This document shows positions 40,630-55,383 of a DNA stretch of 64,000 nucleotides, piece by piece. Source of the DNA: Octopus vulgaris (Eukaryota); NCBI GenBank assembly GCA_951406725.2, contig OX597814.1:137640001-137704000 (forward strand). Reading direction: 5' to 3'. Position 1 is the stretch's first letter. The number at the start of each line of letters is the position of its first letter. The position numbers and the translations under genes are program-made. The notes below the pieces were generated by a model that was given only the letters and a program-made list of their open reading frames with translations, made no database searches and was not told the origin of the DNA.

Positions 40630-41340
40630 GTATTTTAGCTTCTGTTCCATCTATTCATCTCTGCCCACAATTCCTGGGTGGGTCATAGGGTAGAGTCCTC
40701 AGGCACCTCTTCCATAGGGTCCTATCAGAAGCAACTGTCATTACATTTTCCAATTGGATTCCCAAGCATGACCAACAGCAACTGTGGGTATTATCCAAAT
40801 ATCTCATTATCTCATTCATGGTCTACTAGGTTTCCTACCAGTTGGCTCAGTTTGAAGAATCTGTCTTGTGTTTTTTTTTCCCTCAACATTCTAATCACAT
40901 GTCCATAGTACTGAGCTGTGACTCTCTATGTGAAATAGCAGCTCAATTTCTGAGTTATGCATCCAGTTGAGTCACATGACACCAGAATTCCTTCAGAGGA
41001 ACTCCATTTTGTCTGCTTGTATTCAAAATTGTACTCTTTTAGGCATCACCTAGCATGCATGACTGTAGGTGAGGATTTGCACAAAAACCAAATTGAAGAT
41101 AATGAGTTTGGCCTTTTTACCAACCGTTTCTGACGATCAAATGCGGAAGCTGGTGCATTACTGTGCCTGCAATTCTAACATTCAGTTCAACCTCTCCTGC
41201 TTCTCATCACTTGTGAATATGGCCTTGAGACACTTAAACTTCTGCACTTGTCTTGGTGATGTTCTACTAACATACAGGTTGCATTGGGAAGACTTTCTTA
41301 AGAGGACTAATGTCTCAGTGTTTGCAACATTACTTCTAAT
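40630..41340 (-). mobile_element. Decayed RTE-like LINE fragment
   Basis: Minus strand QVQKFKCLKAIFTSD and KAKLIIFNLVFVQILTYSH remnants. Confidence 0.6.
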
Positions 41341-41810
41341 TGCTATTGGATATTTAAAAAAAAATGACATGGTAAAGTTAAATCAAGCACTTTCAAACCT
41401 AACATTTTTGAAAAATAAATTCTCAGATTAATTAAAATAAATAACTTCCAAAATAATATTCACCTACAACTAGCACTATGAAACTGAAAGCAACTTTATC
41501 AGTGGTGGAGGTGTACTAAGTTTCGTTCAGTTCCATCCCTTCTCTTTGAATGCAAATCTACTATATAAATGTGAGTGTATGTGGTTTATGTATGTGTGTT
41601 TAGCTCTAATAGGCTCTGAAATAGTGCGTCTTCAAAAAAAGTATATGATTTTCAAAGTCTGTGTTCCAAAGAGAATGTTGTCTGTAAATATTAATAATAA
41701 ACTATAATTTGATACGAGAAATAACTCAACTATTAGATCTACAAATCTCACACTCTGCATCTGTCACCATCAATCTATCTCTCTCTATATATTTACCATG
41801 CTTTTTGTCA

Positions 41811-41877
<67 letters not shown>

Positions 41878-41878
<1 letters not shown>

Positions 41879-42150
41879 CAGAGATGTACTTGCATAGCAA
41901 GTGACTTGATCTGAGGTTGTATGCTGAAACAAATACAATTGCAGTGTGGAAGGTGTTTATAAGCTATTTAAATACACGCAAAAACCGTTGGATTCACTTC
42001 AATATTTGTTGAAATATTTTCGTCTCTTTGAAACCATGACCTATCAAAGTGACAAAAATATTTTAACAAATTAAATTCAAATGTTGAAGTGAATCCAACG
42101 GTTTTTGTGTTTTTTTAAATAGCTTGTAAACACCTTCCATGCAACAATTG
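41878..42150 (-). repeat. Decayed foldback element of the same family as 59895-60195
   Basis: Shares gagatgtacttgcatagcaagtga.. and gaagtgaatc.aacgg.tttttgtgt segments; inverted arms about 41935-42150. Confidence 0.8.
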
Positions 42151-42166
42151 TGTGTGTGTGTGTGTG

Positions 42167-42223
<57 letters not shown>

Positions 42224-42224
42224 A

Positions 42225-42259
<35 letters not shown>

Positions 42260-42262
42260 GTG

Positions 42263-42664
<402 letters not shown>

Positions 42665-43035
42665 TATATATATATATATTAACTCTCATGTATTACTTGC
42701 ATTTTGTTTAAAATCTCATCTTTTAAATGTTTACTTTCATTTTATGACAGCTATCAGATACAACTGTTTTCTGATTGGGTAAACATGATCGAACTTTAAA
42801 CCTCTGTAATATTTTTCTAAAATTTTTCTGGAATAAATGAATCACAAACTCAAGTTCAACATGTAGAAGTACATCAATATACCAAATTTGAAAATTTTTA
42901 CTTAATTATAAAATTTCAAAACCTGTGACAGCAACAGAAAAGATCTCTCTCTCTCTCTCTCTTTCTGTTTGTCTATCTCTTTCGTTTTCTCAAGGTAAAC
43001 TTTCACACTCTCTATTTGTGTGTTTGTGTGTATAT

Positions 43036-43836
<801 letters not shown>

Positions 43837-46242
43837 AGGCGCAATGGCCTAGTGGTTAGGGCAGCGGACTCGCGGTCGCAGGATCGCGGTTTCATGCTGT
43901 GAGTGTGTGTGTCTGTGTGCGTGTGTGTCTGTGTGCGTGTGTGTAAGGAAGTTTATTAGCGCAACAGAGTAATTTTAAAAAGTATGTAAAAGATAATTTA
44001 TTTTTACAGTATACTTTTGTGTTAGTAAATATATTTTTTCTTGCACACACACACACACACAGACTTGCTATGCGTGGGGTGGTGGATTAAAAATTTAAAT
44101 TACAAAATTTGTTGTTACTTAAATTCCAACAATGGACCACCACATCATCGTTGTTTCATGGAGAGAAAAATATTTTTGTAAATCAGTATATGTCAATAAC
44201 AAAGAAATGAGAAAAATATCTGGTGGTTGTGGAATATGCTAGAAACAACAGTTAAATCTCCTTTAAATCACACACCTTTATGTCTGAAAATTATTTTGAA
44301 ATTATAAATGGAAACAAATTGCAGATTCAAACTGTTTATATTTTAAAACTGATTTAGAAAAATTTTGAAAAAAACTGAAAATTTAGGATTTGTAGGGGGC
44401 AGCAGGGTTAATGACAAATTAAAAATAATTTCAGCATTGTTTTTAAATTGCGTTTCATTTTTGTTTGAAAATAAAGGAAGTGGGGATTGTAATAGTGATC
44501 ACTGATTTCCAAAACTTCTTTTTTTCTGTAATCTTAAAGGTTTCTCCCATCATTTTAAGTATATAGTAAAAAAAAAAAAAAAAGCATTGGCCAAAGTCAG
44601 TACTGAGTGGGAGAGGGGGAATTAAAAAATTGATAAATTTTCAAAACTTTTTTCTTTACTGAAAAGGTGTCTCTCACTATTTTTAAGTGTGTAGCACAAA
44701 GAAAAAAAAAATTGGACAAAATCAGTCCAGAAGTGGAGATAGGGGATTCATAAATTTTCAAAATTTTCTTTCATAAAAAGCTTTCCCCATCATCATTTGC
44801 AAGGGTCACTTGAAAAAAGAATTTGAAAAATCCATATCAAAATGGAAAAAAAATCTAACTTATGTGGTTGTGAGTCTGCCTAAGTAATCTATTGTGAAAA
44901 TTACCAGACAGTGACAGGATACTCAGCTAGTGTAAGTATTTTCTGAGATCCCTATAAATTCCTGGTCCTGAATATGATGTACACTTTTGTAGGCTTTGTC
45001 TTCTGAGGTTATATTTTGTCAGACTTTATGAAGAAAAGCAAGTGTTCTAATTACTGTAATTATCAAACATATTTTTTAAAAATAAAATCTGGAGTCCAAA
45101 CAAGCTGATGGTGGTTTATCAAGAATAATCATTTAGTAAACAAGTCTTCCTCTAATGAGCAGTTATTACAAGGGAGATAATTATTTCTTCATAATTAGAA
45201 ATTTGATTGTGAAATTAAGGAATTACAAGGAAAAAGTCTCAGAGAATCCACATCTTTTACTTATTTCAGTCATTCGATTGTGGTCATGCTGGGGCACCAT
45301 CTTGAAGAATTTTAGCTGAACTCATCAACCCCAGTTCTTTTTTTTTTTTTTGTTAAATCCTGGTACTTATTCTATCAGTCTCTTTTACCAAACTGCTAAG
45401 TTACGGCGACATAAACACACTAAAACCAGTTGTCAAGTGGTGGTGAAGAACAAATACATACACAATGACACACACACAGGCTCACGGATATATATGTGTG
45501 TGTGTGTGTGTGTAAATGGATTAGTGTGTTTGTAGTGAAGGCTGTTATTTGTATCTTCTGGATCAACAAATGCAAAGTAACTGACAGATGTGAGTGTACA
45601 TTGAAGTTACTAAGTCTAGGGGTAAGATGTAAAAGGTCACCACATGTAGTGTACAAATGTAAGGTTCTCACCTCTGAGGTACCAATCATCATGCAGCTAT
45701 AAAGTTATTTGATGTAGAAATAGCACTTCTTGTTCCATGTCAGCTGGTTATATGTAGATAGTCAAACATAAGATGAAACAATGTAATAGCAACATCAAAG
45801 AGAAAAGAATAACATTCACAAATTTATTTGCCAGCAGTGGTTGGTTAAATATTCAGTAGTAATTGACAATAGCAATGATGGCTTGCTGGTAGTTGGCAGT
45901 ATGTGATTTGTGCATTCAGCTGAGAGAGGAAGAAAGGTTGTCCTTTTCCATTCAGCTGATGCTATGCTGTGCAGGAAGCTAATTGCTCTTAGTTGGAGGT
46001 TTGTCAACCAAAGAGAGAGATGGTCTCAGTTATATAAGGTATGGCCCAGAAATAAATAAAACCTAAAACAACAGACTGAGCCTTCCATGACTAGCAAAGG
46101 TCTCTGGAGGTCAGGTGTTTCTCATTAATCACCCAGTATGGAGATAAAACTCAAAGGAATCAGACAATTGTCTGACAAGTAACTAGTGTGTAGATTTGGT
46201 TTCAAATCTCAGTTAGACAGGGCTAAGTGAGCTCCTAATATA

Positions 46243-46664
46243 TACTCTTTACTCTCTTTTACTCTTTTACTTGTTTCAGTCATTTGACTGCTGCCATGCT
46301 GGAGCACCGCCTTTAGTCGACCAAATCGACCCCGGGACTTATTCTTTGTAAGCCCAGTACTTATTCTATCGGTCTCTTTTGCCGAACCGCTAAGTGACGG
46401 GGACGTAAATACACACCAGCATCGGTTGTCAAGCAATGCTAGGGGGACAAACACAGATACACAAGCACACACACACATACATATATATATATACATATAT
46501 ACGACAGGCTTCTTTCAGTTTCCGTCTACCAAATCCACTCACAAGGCATTGGTCGGCCCGGGGCTATAGCAGAAGACACTTGCCCAAGATGCCACGCAGT
46601 GGGATTGAACCCAGAACCATGTGGTTGGTTAGCAAGCTACTTACCACACAGCCACTCCTGCGCC
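46243..46664 (-). mobile_element. SINE family A, full length
   Basis: Near-identical to 27108-27530. Confidence 0.93.
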
Positions 46665-46717
46665 TTATATATATGTGTATATATTTATTAGAAGGTTTGG
46701 AGATGATGTACAGGTAT

Positions 46718-46982
46718 TATATATTAGAAGAAATGAGGTACTCAGAAATTTGGATGGTTTTATATTTGCAGATATTAGTACGTTACATGTTTTTATAAAT
46801 CATATATCATATATTACCGCTTTTGTCCACTCTAGTGGAGTTGTCAAATTTGAAAACTCCACTAGAGTGGACAAAAGCGCTAATATATGATATATGATTT
46901 ATAAAAACATGTAACATACTAATAAATATCTGTAAATATAAAGCCATCCAGATTTCTGAGTACCTCATTTCTTCTAATATAT
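46718..46982. repeat. Near-perfect foldback with arms of about 125 bp
   Basis: Centre about 46848; arms reverse-complementary with few mismatches. Confidence 0.92.
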
Positions 46983-46999
46983 ATATATATATATATATA

Positions 47000-47427
47000 T
47001 GTAACAGGATTAGGTTTGGTAACACTGGAGGGGTGTCCGATCTGATCCCATCACATACAATTTAGGTAGAATAACAGAGACAAAGTCAGGCGGTCTACGA
47101 TCACAGTAAGTGGTGGTTTATTCTCGATTACAAGCAGATACTAGTGCACATGTTCTCTAGTGGGAAACCGACAGCCGAATCCGCAGGACTGATTGCTATG
47201 CTTTCTTGTTGCGAGTCAAACGATTCGTCGGGTTCACTCCCGCTTCGTTGGGGTGAGGTTCTCAGAGTGAAAGCCAAGACACGTCCATCCCCTAGCACCA
47301 CTTATGCCAGAAAGGAAGGTTTAGCGATCCGCGTTTCAGGTTTCAGTTCCTGCACATGCACATGAGGGAAACTTCCAGTGGCCAACTAGAAGTAATCCAA
47401 TTCTGCGCATGTGCACTGAACCTTACA
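47000..47427 (-). mobile_element. Possible solo LTR in a (TA)n tract
   Basis: TGTAA..TTACA termini, AATAAA on minus at about 47117, locally higher GC; no TSD resolved. Confidence 0.35.
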
Positions 47428-47435
47428 CAGTAGCG

Positions 47436-47476
<41 letters not shown>

Positions 47477-48090
47477 GCAACAGGATTCTTTCATTTTCTG
47501 TCTACCAAATCCACTCACAAGGCTTTAGTCAGCCGAAGGCTACAGTAAAAGTCACTTGCCCAAAGTGTCACACAGTCAGACTGACCTCAGAACCCTGGAG
47601 CTGGGAAGCAAACTTCTTGCCACACAACTATACTTGTGCATATTTAATTCCCATTTTGATTTTTTGTCACTTAATACAAAGTTCTTAAAATTCCTAGCCT
47701 ATAGTAACCATTTTGTAAAGCTGGTTAGTAAAAGTAGAATTGTGCCAGTGACAAATATTTTGTTATTTCAAGAAATACATGGGAAGTGAATCTGACAGTT
47801 TTTGTGAGTTAAATGATTGCAAAACTTGCTCTTCAGTGATGAAAATGTTTCACTTTCAACTCATCATTTCAAATCAAGTTACTTGTTTGACAAGTACAAC
47901 ATTAAAAGTTAATGAAGTTTTGCCAAAAACCTGAATGTACAAGTTTCTCTATACAATATAAATTTACCCAAATTTATTAATTTATTTTAGATAACGTGAA
48001 GAGGAAAAGAATATTTTAATCTTTCTCTTTCCCTCTCTAGTCTCTCTCTCTCTCTCCATTATCACTATCCCTCATTTTGCATTGCATATA

Positions 48091-48320
48091 TAGGTGAGCT
48101 GGCAGAAACGTTAGCACGCCGGGCGAAATGCGTAGCCGTATTTCGTCTGTCGTTACGTTGTGAGTTCAAATTCCACTGAGGTCAACTTTGCCTTTCATCC
48201 TTTCGGGGTTGATAAATAAAGTACCAGTTACGCACTGGGGTCGATGTAATGGACTTAATCCCTTTGTCTGTCCGTGTTTGTCCCCTCTATGCTTAGCCCC
48301 TTATGGGCAATAAAGAAATA
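48091..48320 (+). mobile_element. SINE family B, young copy (similar copy at 51779-52012)
   Basis: ggtgagctggcagaaacgttag A box, gagttcaaattcc B box, shared body. Confidence 0.85.
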
Positions 48321-49134
48321 TATATATAGGTGCAGGTTTGGCTGTGTGAGAAGAAGCTTGTTTCCCAATCACTGGTTCCAGGTTCAGTCCCACTGTTTAG
48401 CACTTCAGACAAGTGTCTTTTGCAGTAGACCTGGACTGACCAAAGCCTTGTCCATGGATTTAGCAGACTGGTAGACAAAGACAGAAAGAAGCCTATTGTA
48501 TATATTTTTTGTGTACATGTGTGTGTGTTTGTGTCTCCTTATCTTGACATTGCATGATAGTTGTAAATGAGTGTCACTGTCATACAAGCAGTGTCATTCA
48601 TTTCCAATATTCTGTGAGAACATGTCTGGCAATGGGGAAATATTACTTTCCTTGGAAACCGGTAAGTGTTGGTGACAGGAAAGGCAACTGGCCATAGAAA
48701 ATCTGCCTCAAATAAACACCATCCAATTCCTGCAAGCATAGAAAAGTGTACATTAAATGAGGATGACGACAACAATGATGATGATGATGGTTGTAGTAGT
48801 GATGGTGGTGGAGGTAGTGGTGATGATGATATACATAAACGTGAACTTTCATATACAGACTATAAATAAAATATGAATACAAAATTCATTTTAAAGAATA
48901 TATAACCGCGAAGTATTGAATTGTTAACACCAAGTACAGTTTCAATTCATTGTCTTATTATTTTAGTAGGCTGACACTTTTTACTTGTAATGTCTACTTC
49001 ATAGACTGTTACTAAAAAAAATAGGGTTTAAATAAAGAAAAATGTTCTTATCCTAAATAGTCCTTATGCACAGATAATTAATTGCTTGGTAGGAATTAAT
49101 CGATATCATTGCAGAATAGTTGCTTGTACAGATT

Positions 49135-49770
49135 CAAATAAGTACCAGTTGAATATTGGGGTCGATGTAAACGACTGGCCCCACCTACTCCAAAATTGCT
49201 GGCCTTGTGTCAAAATTTGAAATTATTATCGTTATTATTAAGGTGGCGAGCTGGCTGAATCATTAGCATGCCAGACAAGAGGCTTAGCGATATTCTGCCC
49301 GTTGCTCCATTCTGAGTTCAAATTCCACTGAGGCCGACTTTTGGGGTTGATAAAATAAGTACCAGGTGAACACAGGGGTCAATGTAATTGACTATCCTCT
49401 CCCCCAACATTGCTACCCTTGTGGCAAAATTTGAAATTATTATTATTATTATTATTATGTTTTTTCCTTCTTTCTTCAAATTTTCTTCCGTTTCTTGCCG
49501 AGTGTTTTCCATACACCTAGGTCAGAGAAGGGCATTGTATGCATTCCCAAATTACACGTGCAAATTCACAGATGAAATATGTATTTAAAAATTAATAAAT
49601 AAATAAATTCATGGATGGATGTTATTTCCACAGTGATAGTGCTCTTCTCAGTACATGAGCCGTTCCAGTTAATATGATTTTTTGCACTTCCTGTAGGGAT
49701 GGTAAGCCTGGAATCATTTTCAAATAGGTTTCAGTACCTTTCTTTCTTTTTTTTTATAATTTAACCACTA

Positions 49771-49823
<53 letters not shown>

Positions 49824-52173
49824 CATTATTATTATTACAATCATCATCATCATTGAGTTAGCAAGCTTGCAGGATTGTTAGCAGGACAGGTAAAATACTT
49901 GGCAGCATTTCATCTGTTCTTATGTCCTTATCGTCAAAACACTACCACTACTGCTGCTTCTGCTAGTAATCAAGATAATAATGGTTTCTCATTTTGACAC
50001 AAGGTTAGCAATTTTGAGGGAAGGTAAGACAATTACATCAACCATCCCCCTCCCCTACTATTCAGCAGGTACTTATTTTATCAACCCTGAAAGGATGACG
50101 CAAAGTTGACCATGGCGGAATTTGAACTAAGAACATAAAGACAGACAAAATTCTGCCAAGTATTTTGCCTGGTGTACTTACAATTCTGCTTGCTTGCTGC
50201 TTTAATAATAATAATAATAATCCTTTCTACTGGAAGCACAAAACCTCAAATTTGGGGGAAGGGATTAGGTTGATTACATCAACCCCAGTGCATAATTGGT
50301 ACTTATTTAATCAACCCTGGAAGGCAAAGTCACCCTTGGTGGAATTTGAACTCAGAATGTAGCGATGAGTGAAATACTGCTAAGCATTTCATCCAGCGTG
50401 CTAACGACTCGGCCAGCTTGCCACCTTAATACGAATAATAATAATGGTTTCAAATTTTGGCACACAGCTTGCAATTTTGGGAAAGGGGGCTAGTCGATTA
50501 CATCAACCATAGTGCTTAACTGGTACTTATTTTATTGACCCCAAAAGGATGAAAAGGCAAAGTTGACCTCAGTGGAATTTGAACTCAGAATGCAAAGACA
50601 GACGAAATTCCGCTAAGCACTTTGTCTAGCATGCTAACAATTCTGCCTGCTCACCACCTTCAATAACAATAATAATAATAATTTTGATGCAAGGCCAGTG
50701 ATTCAAGGGGAGGGTATTTGCTAATACTGATAACCCTAGCATTTGATTGATAGTTTATTTTATTGATCTTGAAAGGATAAAAAAGAAGTTGACCTCTATG
50801 AGATTTGAACTGAGAATGCAAAGAGCCGAAAAGCATCACAAGGAATTTTTTTTTTGGTACTCTAGTAATTCTGCCAGCTCACTGAATAATAGTCTCTAAT
50901 TCAGGCACAAGGCTAGCAGTTCGCTGATACCATCAACCCAAATACTTATCTGTTATCTTTTACTTGTTTCAGTCATTGGTGTGCAGCCATGCTGGAGCAC
51001 TACCTTGAAGAGTTTAGTCAAACAAATTGACTCCAGTGTTAATATTTTAAGCCTGGAACTCATTCTATCAGTCTTCTTTGCTGAACTGCCAAGTTCCAGA
51101 GACATAAACAAACAAAAACCAGTTGTCAGGCAGTGGAAGGTGGACAAACAGACACAAAAACACACACACATCTATATGCATAAATGATGGGCTTCTTTCA
51201 ATTTTCATCTACCAAATACTCTCACAAGGTTTTGGGTTAGCTCAGAGCTATAGTAGAGAACACTTGTTCAAGGTGCCACTCTGTAGGACTAAACCTGACA
51301 ACATGTATTTGGGAAGCAAACTTCTTACCGCACAGTCTCACCTGCACCTATTATATTTTATCAATCCTAAAGAGACGAAAGACAAAATTGTCCTCAATGA
51401 AACTTGAACTCAGAAGGAAAAGTGATAGAACAAATGCCCCAAGACGTTTTCATTTTTTCTGCAACACTAATGATTTTTCCAGTTTAATGGATTTTTTTTC
51501 TCTAGATACAAGGCCAGCAGTCTTGAGAAGAAGGTTAGTTGATTCCATCGACTCCAGACTGGTACTTTATTTCATTGTCTCACGAAAGGATGAAAGGCAA
51601 AGTAAAGAGCTGACAGTAATACCAGAAAGCATTTTTTTTTAATGCTCTAACAAGACACAAGGCTACATGATTTTGTGGAAGAGTGTTGTTGATTAAGATC
51701 AACACCAGTCTTTCACTGATACTTATTTTATCAATTCTGAGGGGAAAGTGTAGTTAATTAAGATTGACTGCAGTACTTAAGGCGGCGAGCTGGTAGAAAC
51801 GTTAGCACACCAGGCAAAATGCTTAGTGGTATTTTGTCTACCACTATGTTCTGAGTTCAAATTCCACTGAGGTCGACTTTGCCTTTCATCCTTTTGGGGT
51901 AGATAAATTAAGTACCAGTTATGCACTAGGGTCGATGTAATCAACTTAATCCCTTTGTCTGTCCTTGTTTGTTACCTCTATGTTTAGCCTTCTGTGGGCA
52001 ATAAAGAAGTAAGATTGACTGCAGTACTTGCTATTTCTAAGCATCAAAGGATGAAAGGTGCAATTGACTTTAGTGGGGTTTTATCTCAGAACAAAGAGTG
52101 ATGCACCAAAATACTGTAAGGCATTTTGTTCAACACTATACTAATTTTATAATGCCACTACTGCTGCCTCTGT

Positions 52174-52205
<32 letters not shown>

Positions 52206-52860
52206 TAGTTCTTTCTAATTTTGGCATAAGGCCAGCAATTTTGAAGGGAAGGATAAGTCAATTACACTGACCCCAATTACACTGACTCCAAAAGATGAAA
52301 GACAAAGTTAACCTTGGCAGTATTTGAACACAATGTAAAGAGCTGGAAGAAATACCCCTGAGCAATTTTTTTTTTCTTGCTAACAATTCCACCAGCCTTA
52401 ATGGTTTCAAATTTTGATACAGGACCAACAGTTTTGTGGGGAGATGTTTAGTTGATTTCATTGATCCTAGTACTCAAGTAATACTTCATTTTATTGACCC
52501 CAAAAGATAAAAGACGAAGTTGACCTCTGTGGGAGTTGAACTCATAACATGAAGAGATGAAAGAAATGTCACAAAGCATTTTGCCCACAGCACTAACAAT
52601 TCTGCCAGCTCTACAGCAACAATGACCAGATTAATATTTTCAAATATAAGCATAAGGCCACACATTTCTATTTATAGGCACAAGACCTGAAATTTTGAAG
52701 GAGGAGGAAAGTAAATTACATTGATACCAGTACTTGACTGGTACTTAATTTATCAACCCCGAAAGGATGGAAGACAAAGTCAGCCTTAGCAGAATTTGAA
52801 CACAGAATGTAAAGATGAACAAAATACTGCCCGCTCACTGCCTTAAGCGTTCTATTAATA
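49135..52860. repeat. Dense cluster of SINE family B copies (more than a dozen by eye) plus one SINE A
   Basis: Recurring ggcacaaggc..attacatcaaccc..gtacttattt..aaaggatgaaaggcaaagttgacc..gaatttgaactcagaa units separated by (AAT)n. Confidence 0.85.
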
Positions 52861-53131
52861 ATGGTTTGTATCATTGGTGCCTGGCTACAAATTGTGGAGA
52901 GGATACACTCAATTAAAAAGACACTAGTACTTAATTATTACTTAACTTGGTACAGGATGGTTCTCTTAAACCCAGTAATCTCAGGACCTGGCCATCACCA
53001 GACCATGGGGAAATGCCAGAAAATTGAAATTTTCCTTTAAGGGGAGTTCCTACATAAATGTAATCTTGCTGTCCTATTTCACATAAAGATATCTTACCAA
53101 AGCTTACAACAGGAAATGATACAACTAATAA

Positions 53132-55383
53132 CACTGGTCAACAAGTATTTTTTTATCAAGCATATGTCAAGGTGTACTTAGTGTACTAATGCTGATTTCA
53201 AATATACAATTAGGTTTTTGACATCATGGAAACGGATCTTTAAAATAAACTACATTATTCATTGCTGCATAGTTCAGATGCAATATTTCATCATATTAAA
53301 TTAACCAATCAAGTTTTGTCTGATGAAATAGCTATTTCAACTTCTCAAATTGTTCAGCCATAATTAGTCTGATGAAATATTTCATCATCTCAAATTCAAT
53401 ATAAATATAATCATTTGTATCTATTTCCTTACTTGTTTTACTGTATCAACAATGTCAAGACAGTGTAGAAATCCTCCTGATGTGTTTTGTTATGTCTGTG
53501 GACAATTTATTGTGAAAGCTCAAAAGCATGCAATAACACCAGAGATCAAGATTTATAAGCTATACTTTGACTGTCCTCTTGGAAATCAGGACAAGTCATG
53601 GGCATCACATTTTATCTGCTCAGCTTACTCAAATGACTTGCGTGACTGGTTCAATAATAAGTCCATGCCTTTTGCCATTCCAGTGATATGGAGGGAGCCA
53701 AAAGACCATTTTAATGACTGTTATTTTTGCAAAGTAAATGTCACAGGATTTTCTATGAAGAATAAACACAAAATTGTGTATCCCCAATTTGGATTCTGCA
53801 ATGAGACCCGTGTCTCACAATGGAAGTTTGCCAATTCCAGTTCCACCAGACGATAGTATTGAAACATCAGATGATGATGCTGACTGTCACAATAGTACTG
53901 CTGAGGAAGATTACGTGGCTGATGACGATAGCTTTGAACCTCAGAAATTTTCCCAAATTAAACTGAATGACCTTGTCAGAGACCTATCCCTCCCAAAAGA
54001 TAAAGCAGAACTGTTGGCATCCAGACTGAAGAAGTATCTGCTAGAGCACGGTGTTAGTATAACTTATTTTTGGCAGAGAAATGTGGTTCTACAAACATGT
54101 TATTCTGTTAAAGGTCCGCTTTGCTTTTGCAGTAACATCAATGGAATTTTTGAATGTTTATCACAAAATCATGAGACTGAAGGGTGTTTGTTTATTGACT
54201 CTTCAAAACGAATGTTAAAAGCTGTACTTCTCATTAATGGTAATTTGAAGCCTTCTATTCCTATTGCACACTCCATTTGTCTTCATGAATCATATGAGAA
54301 TATGGAACTTTTATTTCACATCATTTCCTATGAAAGATGCTCATGGAAAATATGTGGAGATTTATAAGTCATTGGAATGTTAATGGAAAAGTAGTCAAAT
54401 TTCACAAAATACTGTTGTTTCTTGTCTATGGGATAGTCAGGCAACAGACAGACGTTATTTGGAATCAAACTGGCAGGCAAGAACATCATACCAGCTAGGG
54501 CTGTCAAGAATACACCTCTTGTAGGTCCATGTAATGTCTTATTGCCTCCTTTGCACATAAAGCTTGGACTGATGAAACAGTTTGTAAAGACACCAGGGAA
54601 GAGAATCGCCAGAGGGTTTGAGTATATTGCAGAAAAGTTTCCCAAAATCACACAGGCAAAGTTGAAAGAGGATATCTTTGTTGGACCCCAAATTAGAGAA
54701 GTATTCAAAGATGTCAGCTTCAAGACAACACTGTATGAATTGGAACTGCCTGCCTGGAATGCTTTTAATTGGATCTGAGAGAATTTCTTGGGCAACAAGA
54801 AAGCAAGGACTACAAGGATGGCATCAAGAATCCTCTGAAATGTTACTCAGCAATGGGTTGTCGTATGTCACTGAAAGTTCACCTCTTGAACTCCCATCTG
54901 GATTTCTTCACTGATAACCTTGGAGCAGTGCCTGATGAATATGGTGAAGGATTTCACCAGGACATTAGTGCTATGGAGAAACAGTACCAAGGCTTCTGGA
55001 ATGACAGTATGCTGGCTGACCACAGCTGGACACTTTACTGTGATCAACCAGATCAGGAATACTGCAAGAAATTCAAATCATAATGTTTCTAACTCTGTTC
55101 TAACTTTGTCTGACCCATTTTTTGTGTATTCACTCTTTGTAGAATGATAGGGATGATTTTTAACTCAATAAACTCATTTACTTTCCAAAAATAATATGTT
55201 CTTATTTATTACGCTAATGATTTCATATACACAAATATGTAAATATTTGCATGTATCTACTGAAAAACTGATACTTGCTGCTTATAAATGGAGGGAAATT
55301 TTGAAATCAGCATGAAAAATTAGTCTAAAAAAGCTGGTTTGCATTCATAATGAGTATAATACATTTAATTTTGTTGACCGGTG
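53132..55383 (+). mobile_element. Full-length Chapaev3-like (CMC superfamily) DNA transposon with decayed transposase
   Basis: CAC..GTG termini, TIR cactggtcaacaa / ttgttgaccggtg, TAA TSD both sides; FCYVCG, WREPKDH..DCYFC, LFIDSS, ICGDL, PPLHIKLGL, SLKVHLLNSHLDFF, DEYGEGFHQDI across frameshifts. Confidence 0.85.
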
